The notes under the pieces: generated by a model | Database searches by the model: none | The model's input: only the letters and a program-made list of their open reading frames with translations | Told to the model about the DNA's origin: nothing | DNA from: Prorocentrum cordatum | Lineage: Eukaryota | Reading direction: 5' to 3' | Length of the DNA stretch: 64,000 bases | Assembly (NCBI GenBank): GCA_963575745.1 | Contig: CAUYUJ010000276.1 | Span: 1 to 64,000 of the forward strand | Translations under genes and position numbers: made by a program | In this document: piece after piece, positions 1 through 13,000 of the stretch | How positions within the stretch are numbered: the first letter of the stretch is position 1 | Layout of the letters: each line of letters begins with the position of its first letter

Positions 1-31
1 CTGCTCGGGGCGGGGCCGCTGCCCTGGTGTA

Positions 32-900
32 TCATTGTTTACGTTTACGTTTAGGAGGCCCTGATGAGCAGCTTGTCTGTGGGTTGACTGACCTCGTCTG
101 CTCCTCCTCCTCTTTCGCCCTGCCAGCGGTGCGTTCTGGAGCGCCTCTGGGCTTATCGTGGCTGTCTCTTGGGAGGTTTCCAAGTTCGCTTGTGCATGTT
201 CGGCAGTAGGCACGTCCGGGAACAGGGGAGGTCGAGGAGACGGAGGAGGAGGAGGAGGAGGAGGAGGAGGAGGAGGAGGAGGAGGAGGAGGAGGAGGAGG
301 AGGAGGAGGCGAGAGTGGTGGATCTGGAGAGGAAGAGGCATACTCGGAGCTCCCATTGACCGTTTGGTATCCTCGTTGGGGGTCCACCTTGGGGTTGTCT
401 AGGATGGTGACCGGGTGCCACGGCTGTCACACGGCTGTCACATGCTTGTCGGTCTATACCCCATGAAGGCATGATGAGGTCATCCATATTATAGCATGTA
501 TTGTTTCTCTGTTGCGTCCTGACTATATCGTAGAGTCCTGAGGCTAGCTGATGTGAGTTCGGAATGGACAGTTGTCTCTGGGCTGATTAGTCGAAGCCGA
601 CCTCCTGGCAGATGGCTGTCACTCGTAAGTTTTCACTGTTGGGCTGACGTGTCAAGTCCTTTTGACCCACATCGTCTGCTATGGGGTCTTCAAACTGGGT
701 CATCATAGCATCGTGGGCGATGTCCTCTTCTTCGTCCTCCTACGAATAATCAGTTGCTCTCTGGGCTGATGGGTCAGGATCCCTTTCCCAGTCTGCGACT
801 TTAGCACAAACAATGTGTTGCGGCCGTGTCGTCCTCATGCTTGCGAATGAGTCTGGACGGAGTTGATGCCACCTGTTCCGTCGCTGGCGCTCCCTCCGCC
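32..900 (-). pseudogene. Decayed ORF remnant of unknown identity
   Basis: The frame of ORF 32..487 extends upstream to about 850-900 with only two stops (TAG, TAA): ...VADWERDPDPSAQRATDYS*EDEEEDIAHDAMMTQFEDPIADD...QEVGFD*SAQRQLSIP. It is interrupted by (GGA)n at about 242-309. No family recognised. Confidence 0.3.
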
Positions 901-1130
901 AAAGATGTCGTGTAATCGACTTTGCAAGGCCACCGCCTGTCGCGCAGGGCCTGTGGAGCCAGGCCAGTCTATGGCTTGAGGAGAGATAGAGGGGGGAGGG
1001 TCAGGCTAATCAGCCAGAGTGATTCTTAGCCGTCCAGGAGATCAACACGCGCAGGAAATTCAGCAGGAGAGGAGGATGATGGAGGAGGATGGCGCTGACA
1101 TCTGCCGATCCCTTTTTGTCCCAACCCTCC

Positions 1131-2400
1131 CTTTCCTTGGGTTCTCGTTTTGAATAATGCACTGCGGTCGTACGCCCTCCCGCCCCCTCTCCCCTTCTCT
1201 CCTGCCTCTCACCTCACTCCTTCCTGCGTGCCAGCTTGCCTCCTGTCTGGCCATCCCTGGTGGGGCTGCGATCTGCGAAACGGTCGCCACTTTCGAGGGC
1301 TGCTGGGGGGTCCAGCGGAGTGGCGTCCTACGTGTATTCAAATTAGACCTTGCCATCTCTGGGGGGCTGCGATCTGCGAAACGGTCGCCGCTGTCGAGGG
1401 CTGCTGGGGGGTCCAGCGGAGCGACGTCCCACGCGGACTCAGATTAGACCTCGCCATCCCTGCGGGGCTGTGATCTGCGAAACTGTCGCCACTTTCGAGG
1501 GCTGCTGGAGGGTCCAGCGAAGTGACGTCCTACGCGGACTCAAAGTAGACCTCGCCATCCTTGTGGGGCTGCGACCTGCGAAACTGTCGCCACGTTCAAG
1601 GGCTGCTGGGGGTCCAGCGGAGTGACGTTCTACGCGGACTCAAATTAGACTTCGCCATCCCTGGGGGGCTGCCGATCTGCGAAACGGTCGCCACTGTCGA
1701 GGGCTGTTGGGGGGTCCAGCGGAGCGACGTCCCACGCGGACTCAGATTAGACCTCGCCATCCCTGTGGGGCCGTGATCTGCGAAACTGTTGCCACTTTCG
1801 AGGGCTGCTGGGGGGTCCAGCGAAGTGACGTCCTACGCGGACTCAAAGCAGACCTCGCCATCCCTGTGGGGCTGCGACCTGCGAAACTGTCGCCACGTTC
1901 GAGGGCTGCTGGGGGGTCCAGCGGAGTGACGTTCTACGCGGACTCAAAGCAGACCTCGTCATCCCTGGGGGGCTGCCGATCTGCGAAACTGTTGCCACTT
2001 TCGAGGGCAGCTGTGAGGTCCAGCGGAGTGACGTCCCACGCAGAGTCAGATTAGACCTCGCCATCCCTGTGGGGCTGCGATCTGCAAAACTGTCGCCACT
2101 TTCGAGAGCTGCCGGGGGGTCCAGTGGAGCGGCTTCCCACGCAGACTCAGATTAGACCTCGCCATCCCTGTGGGGCTTCGACATGCGAAACTGTCGCCAC
2201 TTCCGAGGGCTGCTAGGGGGTCCACGCAGACCCAGATTAGACCTCGCCATCCCTGTGAAGCTTCGATATGCGAAACTTTCGCCACTTCCGAGGGCTGCTA
2301 GGGGGTCAAGCGGAGTGACTTCCCACGCAGAGTCAGATTAGACCTCGCAATCCTTGGGGGGCTGCGATCGCCGCTTTCGAGGCTGCTGGGGGTCCAGCAG
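1131..2400 (+). repeat. Satellite array of about 101-bp units (about 11-12) with a unique head sequence
   Basis: The unit start CCATCCC recurs at about 1251, 1353, 1454, 1555, 1655, 1757, 1858, 1959, 2061, 2162, 2247 (short unit) and 2348. Head 1131-1250 is shared with the inverted array at 41-43 kb. Confidence 0.95.
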
Positions 2401-3096
2401 GGCGCTGTCGCGGGCCGCCCACAGACCTGGCGGCGTGCCGTCGAGCGTTTAGCTCCCGCACTGAACAGAGCAGGAAGGAAGCATGGAAGTTGGCGGGCGA
2501 GATCTAGGCCTCGCTCGCTTCTTGCACAACGTGCACGCAGGTTTAACCATTTTGTCGAGCGCCGTCGCGACATGGCACAGGCAGCGCTGCTTCGTTAGCG
2601 CACGACCGACAAAAACAACACTCTTCGGTCTCCTCCTCCCGCCCTTTTCGTCGTCGTTCTTCTGCCCCCCCCCATGCTGCTGCCGCGCTGAGTGGTCGGC
2701 CCCCCTACGCGTCCTTCTCCTGCCCTTCGTTCCCGCCCGCATGTCCTCCTCAAGTCTGGGCCGTCGCTTCTCGTCCTTCTGTTGTTGTCCTATAAGTCGT
2801 GCCACGTGAACGCATCCCATGTAGCTTTCACAGCATAACGGCGCCTGCACTGTCATTGTCCTGGCAAGTTCGGGCCATCTCCTCTTGTCACTTGATGCAA
2901 ATGGGTTGGGTACGTCACACGGTATTTCAATCCGCGGTCCCAGCTATCCCGACCGCTTCACGGGGGATATTTTTCTCGTCCTGGATATGTTATTGATGGT
3001 CCCAGGGGGCCTGGCCAGGACCCTCGAGGGACCAGATCGAGGCAAGACCCGGTGGTTGAAAGCCTCATATCGCCGGATATGTGTGCAGCAGGAGGA

Positions 3097-3315
3097 TTAG
3101 CAGGAGAAGGAGGAGGATGAGGAGGACGAGGAGGAGGAGGAGGAGGGGGATGAGGAGGAAGAGGAGGAGAAGGAGGGGGAGGAGGAGGAGGAGGAGGAAG
3201 AAGGGGAGGAGGGGGAGGGGATGATGATAATGGTGATGATGATGATGACGATGCTGATGTTGATGATGGTGAGGATTGTGATGAGATGCTGATGATGATG
3301 ATGGTGCTGATGATT

Positions 3316-3384
<69 letters not shown>

Positions 3385-3521
3385 GTGATGGTGATGGTGA
3401 TGGTGATGGTGATGCTGATGCTGATGCTGATGCTGATGCTGATGCTGATGCTGATGCTGATGCTGATGTTGATGATGCTGATGGTGGTGATGGTGGTGAC
3501 GATGATGATGGTGTTGATGAT

Positions 3522-3552
<31 letters not shown>

Positions 3553-3715
3553 AGGAGGAGGAGGAGGTGAATGAGGAGGAGGAGGAGGAGGAGGAGGAGG
3601 AGAAGGGTGAGGAGGGAGGAGGAGGAGGAGGAGGAGGAGGAGGAGGAGGAGGACGAGGAGGAGGAGGGGGAGGAGGGAGAGGAGGGGGAGGAGTGGAAGA
3701 GGGAGGAAGAGGAGG
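3097..3715. repeat. Compound (GGA)n/(GAT)n/(GATGCT)n microsatellite
   Basis: Directly visible. Confidence 0.95.
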
Positions 3716-3749
3716 GACAGGCGCGTGGGGCGCCCGCGGCCCTCTGCAG

Positions 3750-3821
3750 GAGGCGCCGGCGCCGACGCCGGCGCCCGCGGTGCCGGCCCCGGCTGCACAG
3801 CCGGCGACCTCCGAGCTCGAG
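3750..3821 (+). CDS. Tentative exon of gene A (EAPAPTPAPAVPAPAAQPATSELE)
   Basis: CTGCAG|G acceptor, GAG|GA donor, 72 nt, GC3-rich codons. Link to downstream exons not established. Confidence 0.4.
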
Positions 3822-3843
3822 GACCGGGCTGCTCTGCTCGGCA

Positions 3844-4003
3844 ACGCGCAGAGGGGGGTAGGGGGAGGGGGGAAGGCTTCTTAGAAGCACCCCTGCTGCT
3901 TAGAAGGTCCCGGCCTTACGTCTATAGAGAAGGCCAGCGCCTTCTAAGAAGCAGGGGTGCTTCTAAGAAGCCTTCCCCCCTCCTCCTACCCCCCTCTGCG
4001 CGT
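3844..4003. mobile_element. Hairpin MITE family A, copy 1
   Basis: About 65-bp inverted arms ACGCGCAGAGGGGGG...CTTCTTAGAAGCACCCCTGCT / AGCAGGGGTGCTTCTAAGAAG...CCCCCCTCTGCGCGT. Homologues at 46386 and 53071. Confidence 0.85.
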
Positions 4004-4009
4004 GGCCGA

Positions 4010-4165
4010 AAAAATCACACAGACACAATTAATCGTCGATCCCAAGAAACTATAGGAAAACATGGGAAGATATGGGCGGAAAGACAAAAAACCCTAAAAT
4101 ATGGGAAAATATGGGGGATCGTTGTATTTGTGTGTATTTATTTGTGTGTCCTTGGGCCCCTTGAG
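4010..4165. repeat. Dispersed repeat (second copy about 32908-33060)
   Basis: Shared GACACAAT..ATCG.CGATCCC...TATTTGTGTGTATTTATTTGTGTGTCC..GGGCCCCTTGA. Confidence 0.8.
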
Positions 4166-4199
4166 GTACGATCTCGGCCCTCGGGGGCGAGAGGAGCAT

Positions 4200-4350
4200 A
4201 CAGTGCCGCTTTTAAGACATGCTCCGCGTGCGGATCATGTATGAAATACCAGGGATTGAGTATCAAAAGCAACGATGAGTTCATGCATGAATTTATTCAT
4301 GAATTCAATCATGTATTAAAATCCCATATTTTTGAAAATCCTACGTATAA
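4200..4350. repeat. Dispersed repeat (second copy about 25671-25826)
   Basis: Shared ACAGTGCCG...CATGCTCCGCGTGCGGATCATGTATGAAA...AACGATGAGTTCATGCAT...AAAATCCTA. Confidence 0.85.
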
Positions 4351-5834
4351 AAAAAAAAAAACAAAAAAAAAAAACTGCCCTGTAGGGTGTATAGGGTCTG
4401 CTCGCTCGGCTCCGTCATCCCGGAGTTGCTCTCCCGCAGCGCTCGCCTGCTGCTGCTTCTGCGCGCGGCCGTTGGCCCGCGCACTTCCCAAGGAGGTCCG
4501 GGGGCACGACGGCTGCCCTCGGGGGCGAGAGCCAGTGCCGTTGTAACCTTGGGGGAACGTAAGACTCGAGCACGCCGGGACTCGGGTTAGCCGACGTTTC
4601 TTGACGAGCACATCCTGGATTGTGACACCTGTTTTCGGGGGGTGCTTGCAGCAGAAGCTCGCGTGAAATTTCAGATTTGGTCTCGTCATTTTTATGATGG
4701 CCCCGCCACGCCAAACCGAGTCCCCCGAACCCGAGTCTTACGTCTCCCCGATGACCGATCCCTCATCCCCACCCCGATCCTCACCATCCCGCCGTTCCAG
4801 TTGAGGAATGTGCCCCTCCAGACTCGAAGGGAACAGCCTGTGTCTCCATCTAGGGGGGTAAATCGGAAAGTGGGGCCCAGGCGACGCCAGTGGGGATAGG
4901 GATCGGTCAAGCGACGCTCAGAAAGGAGCAGGGTGTAGGATCTGCTCGCTCGGCGCCCTCGTCCCGGAGTTGTTCCCGCAGCGCTCGCTTGCTGCTTTTC
5001 GCGCGCGTCAGATTCTGGGCATCCCAGGAGCAAGAAGAGGAGAACGAGGAGGGGGGGGAAAGGGAGAAGGGCACCGTCATACGAATTGTGTCAGAAGTCC
5101 ACCACGACCGACCGAGGATGCAGTAGCAACCCACGATCGACTTGGTCGGGCACACATCCGAAACTTCTGTCGGTGCACCGATGAGTCGACTCGTCCAGCC
5201 GAGACGTCCGAATCTTCCACAGTCGCCATGTGAGGCGTTCCAAGACTGGCCTTGCCTGTGAGGGTCGAAGGAGTCGCCATCTCTTCCTCGGCGGAAGAAG
5301 CGGCGGAAGGTCGGCGGAAGCTTACGGAAGTAGAGGCGAGGCCGCCTCCGCCGGCGGACGGCGGCGGAAGCAAGAGATGCGCCGCCAAGAGATCTCAGGA
5401 GATGGCAGCGTTTTTGGGTGCAGGGTCTCCGGAGCCCGACACGTGTCGCCATCGCCGTCCTCCCGCGCCGAAGTAGCCATCGCACCGCTCGCTCAGTCCG
5501 GGTGCTGGTCTGGCAGGGCGAGTCGCCGTGGGGTCGAGAGAGGCAGGGGAGCCAGAGCAGGCGCTCGCTTCGCCCCTACCTGATCAATTCAGCTTCCTCG
5601 GCAGAATACCGCAGCAAGCCCTGGCAGGGGTTATCCAACCTAAATATTTTTGTATTTTATGTATGTATGTATGGATTCATGTATTTATATTTTGATTCAT
5701 TGATTTGTTATTTAATCATAATTCATATGTATATGTATAACTACATATATGTATATACGTGTATATAAATATACACACACCTATACGACCACCCTTCGGG
5801 TGACAAGGATACTCGGGGGGAGGAACCAGCGTCT

Positions 5835-6032
5835 CACTGAATCGATCTCACGATCGATCTCACTATCGGTCTCACCATCGATCTCACTACCAATCTTACG
5901 ATCGGTCTCACTATCGATCTGAATCTCCATCTCACGATCGATCTCACTATCGATCTCACTATGGACCTCACGATCGGTCCCACTATCGATCTCAGTATTA
6001 GTCACACTATCGATCTCACTATCAATCTCACT
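5835..6032. repeat. 12-bp minisatellite (ATCGATCTCACT-like)
   Basis: Directly visible degenerate tandem. Confidence 0.9.
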
Positions 6033-6409
6033 ACGGGACACTGGCGGGACACCCGCGGGACACCTCCGGCCACCGCCAGACAATCCGGGGGGGGGGGGCG
6101 GTCTTTTTGCCCGGCGGCGCCCTAGCCAGAGGAGGGTTCATTCTTCTCGCCCGCCCACGCAGCTTCGCCTCGCACGCACGGCACGAACACGAAATCGAAA
6201 CCGACTTCCCGGTTTGGGGCTCCCCGTTTCATTGCGATCTTGCCCCCTCACTTCCGATACACATATGTGTATATACACATACATATACACACGTACATCT
6301 ACACATGTGCACACCACATTTAACCTCGCGTCGCTTCGCGTTTAAAGTCTTGGTCGCATGGTGCCAGAGAGGCGCGGCGGGATGGGTAGTCGTCGCTGCC
6401 GTGGTGCGT

Positions 6410-6975
6410 TTCGGCTATGGAGCCCATGGGGCACACAGAGCTGATAGCATCCATGGGCTCTTGCGGCGCAGAGGTCTCAGAGGTCTCTCCGCCGTCATTG
6501 GGGCTCAGAGGCTCGGATCCCTAATTGGGACGAAAGGTGATCCAGCCAGTCCGGCTCGTTGGGATCGTAAGACTCGTAGGGCTCATAAGGCTCATGGGGC
6601 TCATCGGGGTGGTGGGTCTCACGGGGCGCACGGGGCAAGGGCTCATAGGACTCAGTGGGCTCAGACAGGGTCATGGGGTCATAAACCTAATAGGACTCAT
6701 GGAGCTCATAGGGCTCCTGGGGCTCCTTGAGGTCATCGTCTCGTGGAGCCTGTAGGGCTCATAGGGCTCGTGATGTTCATAGGGTAATAGGGCTCATAAG
6801 GCCCATAGGGCTCGTAGGCCTCACAAGGCTCAGAGAGGTCATCCGGTTCGTCGGGCCCATAGGGCTCATAGGGCTCTTTGGGTTCCTTTAAGTCTTGGGG
6901 CTCTTGGAGCCCATAGGGCTCCTGGGGCTCTTAGGACTCATAACCCGCAGGGCATATATGGCCCGTAGGGCTCGA
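6410..6975. repeat. Degenerate 9-bp minisatellite (GGGCTCATA); resumes at about 7390-7465
   Basis: Directly visible. Confidence 0.85.
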
Positions 6976-7739
6976 GACAGACACGTACGAGGGAGGTGGC
7001 GAATGGAGGGTCAGAGAACGTAAGAGGGTGAGCAGTCGTGAAAAGCAGGGGGACCAGAAGCAGCAGGTTGGGGAGCATGCGCGGAAGAAGGAGGAGGGCG
7101 CAGGAAAAGCGAGGGTGCGAAGCAGAAAAAGGCAGGGGGCGGCGGAGGGAGAGAGATGGGGGGGAGAAGGGAGATGAAGAAGGGGACGAGGACGTGGACG
7201 AGGACGAGAAACAGGAATTTGGCCAAACGCGGAGCCGACTCATCAGTGTTCGTTCCGAATGTCCTGACTCTGTGGCAGCGTGAAGAGCTGCGCTCATGGG
7301 CAACTTCGCACGGCTTTCCCACGCTCATTTCGGCGCACGCCTGACGCTGCTCGCCCTCCACGGGGAGCTCCACCTACGACCTCAGTGAGCTCATTGTGCT
7401 CACAGGGGCAATTGGGCTCATAGGGCTCGTAGGCCTCGTACGGCTCGTGAAGCTCGTAGGGCTCGCCGTGCTACTGACGGGACACCCCGCGCCACCGACG
7501 AGACACCACCGCGCCACCGACGGGACACCGCCGCGCCACCGACGGGACACCCCTGGCAACCGCGCGCGGGGGGGGGGATGGACAACCGGCCACACAGCCC
7601 CGAGTCACGGCGGCATCATTCCCCTCGCGCGCCCGCGCAGCTTCGCCTCGCCCGCACGCACGACACGAACACGAAACCGAAACCGACTTCCCGGTGGGGG
7701 GGCTCTCCGTTCCACTGCAATCCGTCACCTCCGACATCT

Positions 7740-8580
7740 ATGTACACATTTACATGTATATATATATATGTATATATAGATGTGTGTTTGCATACTTATA
7801 AACATACATATACATATACATTTCTACCTACCTACCTACCTACCTATATACCTACCTACCTACCTACCTACCTACCTACCTGCCTACCTACCTACCTACC
7901 TACCTACCTACCGACCTACCGACCTACCGACCTACCGACCTACCGACCTACCGACCTACCGACCTACCGACCTACTGACCTACCGACCTACCGACCTACC
8001 AACAAGCTTACCTCCATGCATACAAACATACACGTACAACCATACGTATATACATACACGCATGCATACACACATACATGCATACACATATGCATACATA
8101 CACCATACATCCATACATGCATAAACACCTGCGTACATACTTGCATACGCGCATGATCGCATACATGTTTCTGTACATCCATGCATCCAACTGTCTACAT
8201 GCGTAGTGACTTACGTACGTGCATACGTGCTTACATCTGTACATGCATGCATACAAACATACATGTGTACATACATGCATGCATGCATGCATGCATGCAT
8301 GCATGCATACATATATTCAAATGTACGTATATACATACAGATATACATACATAAAATATAGAATACATGCACATACACATATATGCATGCATGCATACAA
8401 ACATAGATGCATGCATGCATACCTACATATACACATACCTGTACATGTGTATATACGTATATGCATATACAAGTACATGCACATAATCAAAGACAAACAC
8501 ATGTACGTATACATATGCATAAGCATACACGCGTACATTCATACATGCATGCATGCAGGTAGATACTTGTTATATACACA
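7740..8580. repeat. (CCTA)n/(CCTACCGA)n then (ATAC/ATGC)n microsatellites
   Basis: Directly visible. Confidence 0.95.
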
Positions 8581-10008
8581 TGGGCATCCTTTTTTATTTG
8601 CCAGATAATTGATTTTCACGTCGACTTTTCAACACAACTACGTCAACCATTCGTAGATCTGCGATAGTTCTACGAATCGCCCGTGGAGTCGACCAGAAAA
8701 ATAAATTTTGGGGCAAAGCGATTCTGCAGTCGAGCCCCCACTCGAACTGTATGGACTTCACGGTGGGGGCTACCCACCTTGGAGCGCCGCTTGGTCCGGG
8801 CATCTTCTCTGCACGGCGCCCCGGACCGTCGGCGCGCGGGCTCTCGTGTTCTGCACCCCTGCTCTTGCAGTGGAGAGGCCCTGTGCCAAGAGACACCCTG
8901 CTCGCCTCCAGGGTGGGTTTTGCTGTGGGAAGGCGTGGCGTTCTCCCGCGCCAGAAGTCCACGGAGGTCCCGGGGTCTCAGGGTCGGGTTTCTTGTGGGA
9001 GGTTTCTTGTGGTCGGGCCTCCACTGTATGATCATGGGTCGACCGCCCGCTGTGTCCTGAGGCATCCCCAGGGATGCTTCGCGCCCTTCGCGTCCCCGTG
9101 ATCCACGGGGCCACGCGCGACTGCATTCTGCGCTTCCCCGATGACATCGCGGGGGCGGCGACGTACGAGATGACGTCGCCGTCGCGAAGCAGCCCGAGAA
9201 TTCCCCCAACTTGGTGAGGCGAGCACAGGCGACACGGACTCGCCCACATCATTCGCATGCTTGCTCAGAGGGATGGCATCACAGTGCGGCCTGGACGTTC
9301 GGTTGCCGAGGTCTTGGGGCCCTCCGCTGCTGCGCCTCTTGCTGCGGGGAAGCAGACATTGGCACTCTCGGGCATGGCGTCCTCCGAGCCGTTCCAAAAG
9401 GGAAGCCTCCTGTCCACACGCGCGTCCTTGCCATCCGAAGAGAGCATGCCGGTTCCGCTACTAAAACGAGCGCCTGCTCTGTTTAGCTACGCTTCTGCGT
9501 ACACTTTAACAGTATGCGTCGCGAATTCCCAGCATGTCGCGCTTATAGAAGAGAGAAGATGGGGGAGAGAAGAAAGAGAGAGGAGGAAGATCACGAGGGA
9601 GGAACAAGATGAGAGGATGAGGGAGGCTCCAAATGCGAATCCGCGAGGGCCCCTCGTGGGGGCCACCCTGAAGCCCGCCGGGGGTCTGCTGGTTGCTCCT
9701 CCTGCTCGTCCGGTTGCTCCCCCTCTCCAGCTCCCCCCTTCTTTGCCAAGCCAGTCGGCCCCGCACCCAAAGAGGCCGAGCACAGGCCAGCAAGACAACG
9801 GCCTGGTGACGAGCTCGGGATGGCGAAGTCCCCGAGCCGGGTGCCAGGGCAGCCTTCAGTTCAGCTCCCTTCCCCTTTCCTCCTCCTCCTCCCTCCTCCT
9901 CCTCCTCCTCCTCCTCCTCCTCCTCCTCCTCCTCCCTCCTCCTCCTCCTCCTCCTCCTCCTCCTCCTCCTCCTCCGCCTCCTCCTCCTCCTCCTCCTCCT
10001 CCTCCTCC

Positions 10009-10030
10009 TCCGTAGCCATTTTGGCTCAAG
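10009..10030 (+). other. Perfect dinoflagellate spliced leader (DinoSL) at the 5' end of a retroelement
   Basis: TCCGTAGCCATTTTGGCTCAAG matches the DinoSL consensus DCCGTAGCCATTTTGGCTCAAG at 22/22. It is followed by ATGTTTTTT, not a GT donor, so it is not an SL RNA gene. Confidence 0.97.
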
Positions 10031-13000
10031 ATGTTTTTTTGCCCGTGGCAGAGCACGGATATCGCTATTCCGCGGCTGGCTTTCGTTTCTCGGCCTGTTC
10101 GCCCAGGTCTGGATCGTGGCGCCAGAGCGTCGCGACTCTCCTCCCAGCGTCTTGTCGGGCGAGGGTAAACTGTGGAGTTTCCGTTCCTTCATCCGTCAAG
10201 GCGGATGCCAGACCGCAAGAAGGAGAAGAAGGCCACGAAGGATGGCAAGGATGTATTCTCTTCCCCGAGGAGGTCTAAGAAGATGGACGATTCCGACTCT
10301 TCTGTGGACTCGGTCTCCCGTGCCCCGCCGAGGTCGGCTCTCCCTTCCTCTCGCCGTGGCGCTGCTGCTCGTCATCGCAATGACGACTCTTGGCGTCGTA
10401 ATGAGGCTGGTGGGGGGCAGGCGTCCGCGGGCAGCAACATCGACGACAACATCCTGAGGCAGCTGGACTTCGCTGCCACTTCCCCTGATGACGAGGTCGG
10501 CGGCTGCCCCACACCCGACGCTGCGTTGGAGATCGACCAGTCCCCGCCGTTTCCCGCCCCTCCCGTGCCCCATCGTGCTGCGGATGGTGCCGTCAACGGC
10601 GGTGGAGGTGTAGCGGACCCCTGGATGCGACCTGCCATCGTCCAGATCGTGCGTGAGGTTCAGATTGATGAGTTCAGCAAGTTTAAGGAGATGGCGAGTT
10701 TACTAAAGGCGTGGTGGCCTCTATTGAAGCAGCCCTTTCGCGGTCAATTGCAAGCAGTGCCCAGCCCATGCTCAATGGTATCGAGAAGAGGATGGCGTCC
10801 ATATTTGATGCGATCATGGCACAGATGGCCGCTACTGATGAGAAAGTGGCCACATACGAGAGCAACCATGACGACGTGGTTAAGAGGATGGAGCGATTGG
10901 AGAAGGTCTTCGGCCTGGCGCGTGCGGAGCCGCGGGTTCCTGTGGCCAGGTCGGCTGACTGGGATCGGCCCAAAGTCCACACTATTTCCGCCGTCAACTC
11001 GAAGGAGGCCATCCCAGTAAGCGATCTGGCGGACGCGCTGCAGCCGTGGCTCGCGGCGCGCGGCTGCGAGCTGGGGTGCGAGTGCAGGGCGAGGGCCCCC
11101 AGCTGTCCAGGAACTTCGTGCTGCGCTTCGGCATTGGCAGGGGGCGAGACGCGCCTCACTGCGGAGGCGCGCGTGCGCCATACGCATTCATGCCTCCGCG
11201 GGGGTCCTGGCAACTGGCGGAGGTTCCGGACGGTCATCACTGGCGATCGCGCGGAGGAGATTTTCGTGGGCCTCGACAGAACCAAGCAGGACATTGCCAG
11301 GGAGCGGGCTTGCAAGCAGCTCAAGACCTCCCTCTCGAACCGATTGCAGAAGGACGTCTTTGTGGACAGGGAGGCGGGGACGCTTCTCATGCAGTGGCAG
11401 CCCATCGCGAAGGTGGAGGTGCACCCGAGTGACCCACCGACGGTCCGCAGGTACGTGGCGTCGCTGGCGGACCTCGGCCTGGAGCGCGCGCAGCTGGCCT
11501 CCGCGGCTGACCACATCTTCTCCAGGGTGCCGATTCAGTGGAGTGGGTAACGCTATATTCGGATCGTCGCCGGCGACATTTCGGACGTGGAACTGTTGCG
11601 CTCGCTGCCACCACCGTCCTGATGCGTGTGTTCGGCGCCTCAGGGTACTGAGCGATCTCGCGGCCTCGCCCTCCTCCTCCTCCTCCTCCTCCTCCTCCTC
11701 CTCCTCCTCTAACGCGCTGTCCCTTCAGGAGACCCACAGCGGGGCCCCTGCCGTTCAAGGCTGCCCAGCCCGCGGGTTTACCGCACTTCGCTTTTGCGTC
11801 TTATACAGGGGGGCTCGCGCGACTCGCTGGCGGGCGGTGTAGCCACGCTGGTCCCTTCCTCCTCTCTTTCTGCCCCTCTCGAGGCCTCGGAGCTTCTCGA
11901 TGCGGGTGTCTGTGGGGGGGATTCTGGCTTTAGAATTTTGGAACACCTCCTCGGGCGTCAGTCTCTGGCATTGTAATGTCCACAATTTCGACCTGGGACT
12001 TGACGAGATCCGACGGGATCGCGACCGCAAGTCTCAGGTCGAGGCGGTGCGGAGCGCGCCCCTCGACTTTGGGCTCGTGCTACAGGGGGATCTCAATATT
12101 TGCGACGGCGATCGCGACTCTGGGACTTGCAGGGTCGAGGCGAGAGGCGGGCGCCCTTGGGATGGAGCTTGGCGGTCGACCTTTCTGATGCTCACGGAGC
12201 TGGCTGGCGATCCCCCCACGTGCTGGCATCAGGGCACGCGCTTTCGCGCGAATGTAGACCGCTGCCTCCTTGCCCCGCCTCCGTGGCCGCAGTGCCGAGG
12301 GTTCCATTCCTCGCGCGTTTTCGGGGAACCTGAGGAGTTGTACAAGGCAGGCATTAGTGACCACGCACTGGTGAGCATCGCGCTTGCCGAGCGCCCTGCG
12401 CCAGCTGGATTGGATCATCGTCCCCGCCCTCCCCCGCTCCACTTGCACTCCGCCCCCCCCTTCTGCCCTAAGATGGTCCAAGCATGCGAGGTGCAGGTCA
12501 ATGTTGAATTTCTTGCTCCCCCTGAGTAGCTTGAGACGGCAGTCTCGTGCCGTCAGCAAGCAGGCATCGCTGTTTGAGACCTCCAGCTTCTGATGCTGCC
12601 CCGTCGGTCCAAATCTGGAGCGATGGCACGTCGGTCTCTCGTCCGTGCAGTTGCCCGTCAGGGTGCCCGTCTCGATCGTGCCATCCGCGCTAAGCACGCG
12701 TGGACCCGCGAATTAATCGAGGTCCCCGATCGCGGCGTCGCTGTCTTCCTCGACCCTGCTAAGTTGAGCAATCTACACGCGGGCCTCCAGCGGCAGGAGG
12801 CCGCGAAGAGGCGCGATCAGCTTGGGAACGAAGCCGCTGAGGAAGTGAACTATCCTGGGCGTCGGGCTCGGGTTCTCGGTGGGAAGCAGGCGGCTAGTCG
12901 ACGCGCCCAGCTTTCGAATCCTGTCGCTCGCCGAAAGTCCCTAGCATCGGTCACAGGTCCGCCGAGTGGGGGCTGCCGCCCCCGTTTCAGAGATCCCTCG

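Noticed and set aside
1251..2400. CRISPR array
   Set aside because: Whole 101-bp units are repeated; there are no unique spacers and no cas genes, and the context is eukaryotic.
10009..10080. SL RNA gene
   Set aside because: The SL is followed by ATGTTTTTT rather than a GT-initiated SL intron, and runs into retroelement sequence.
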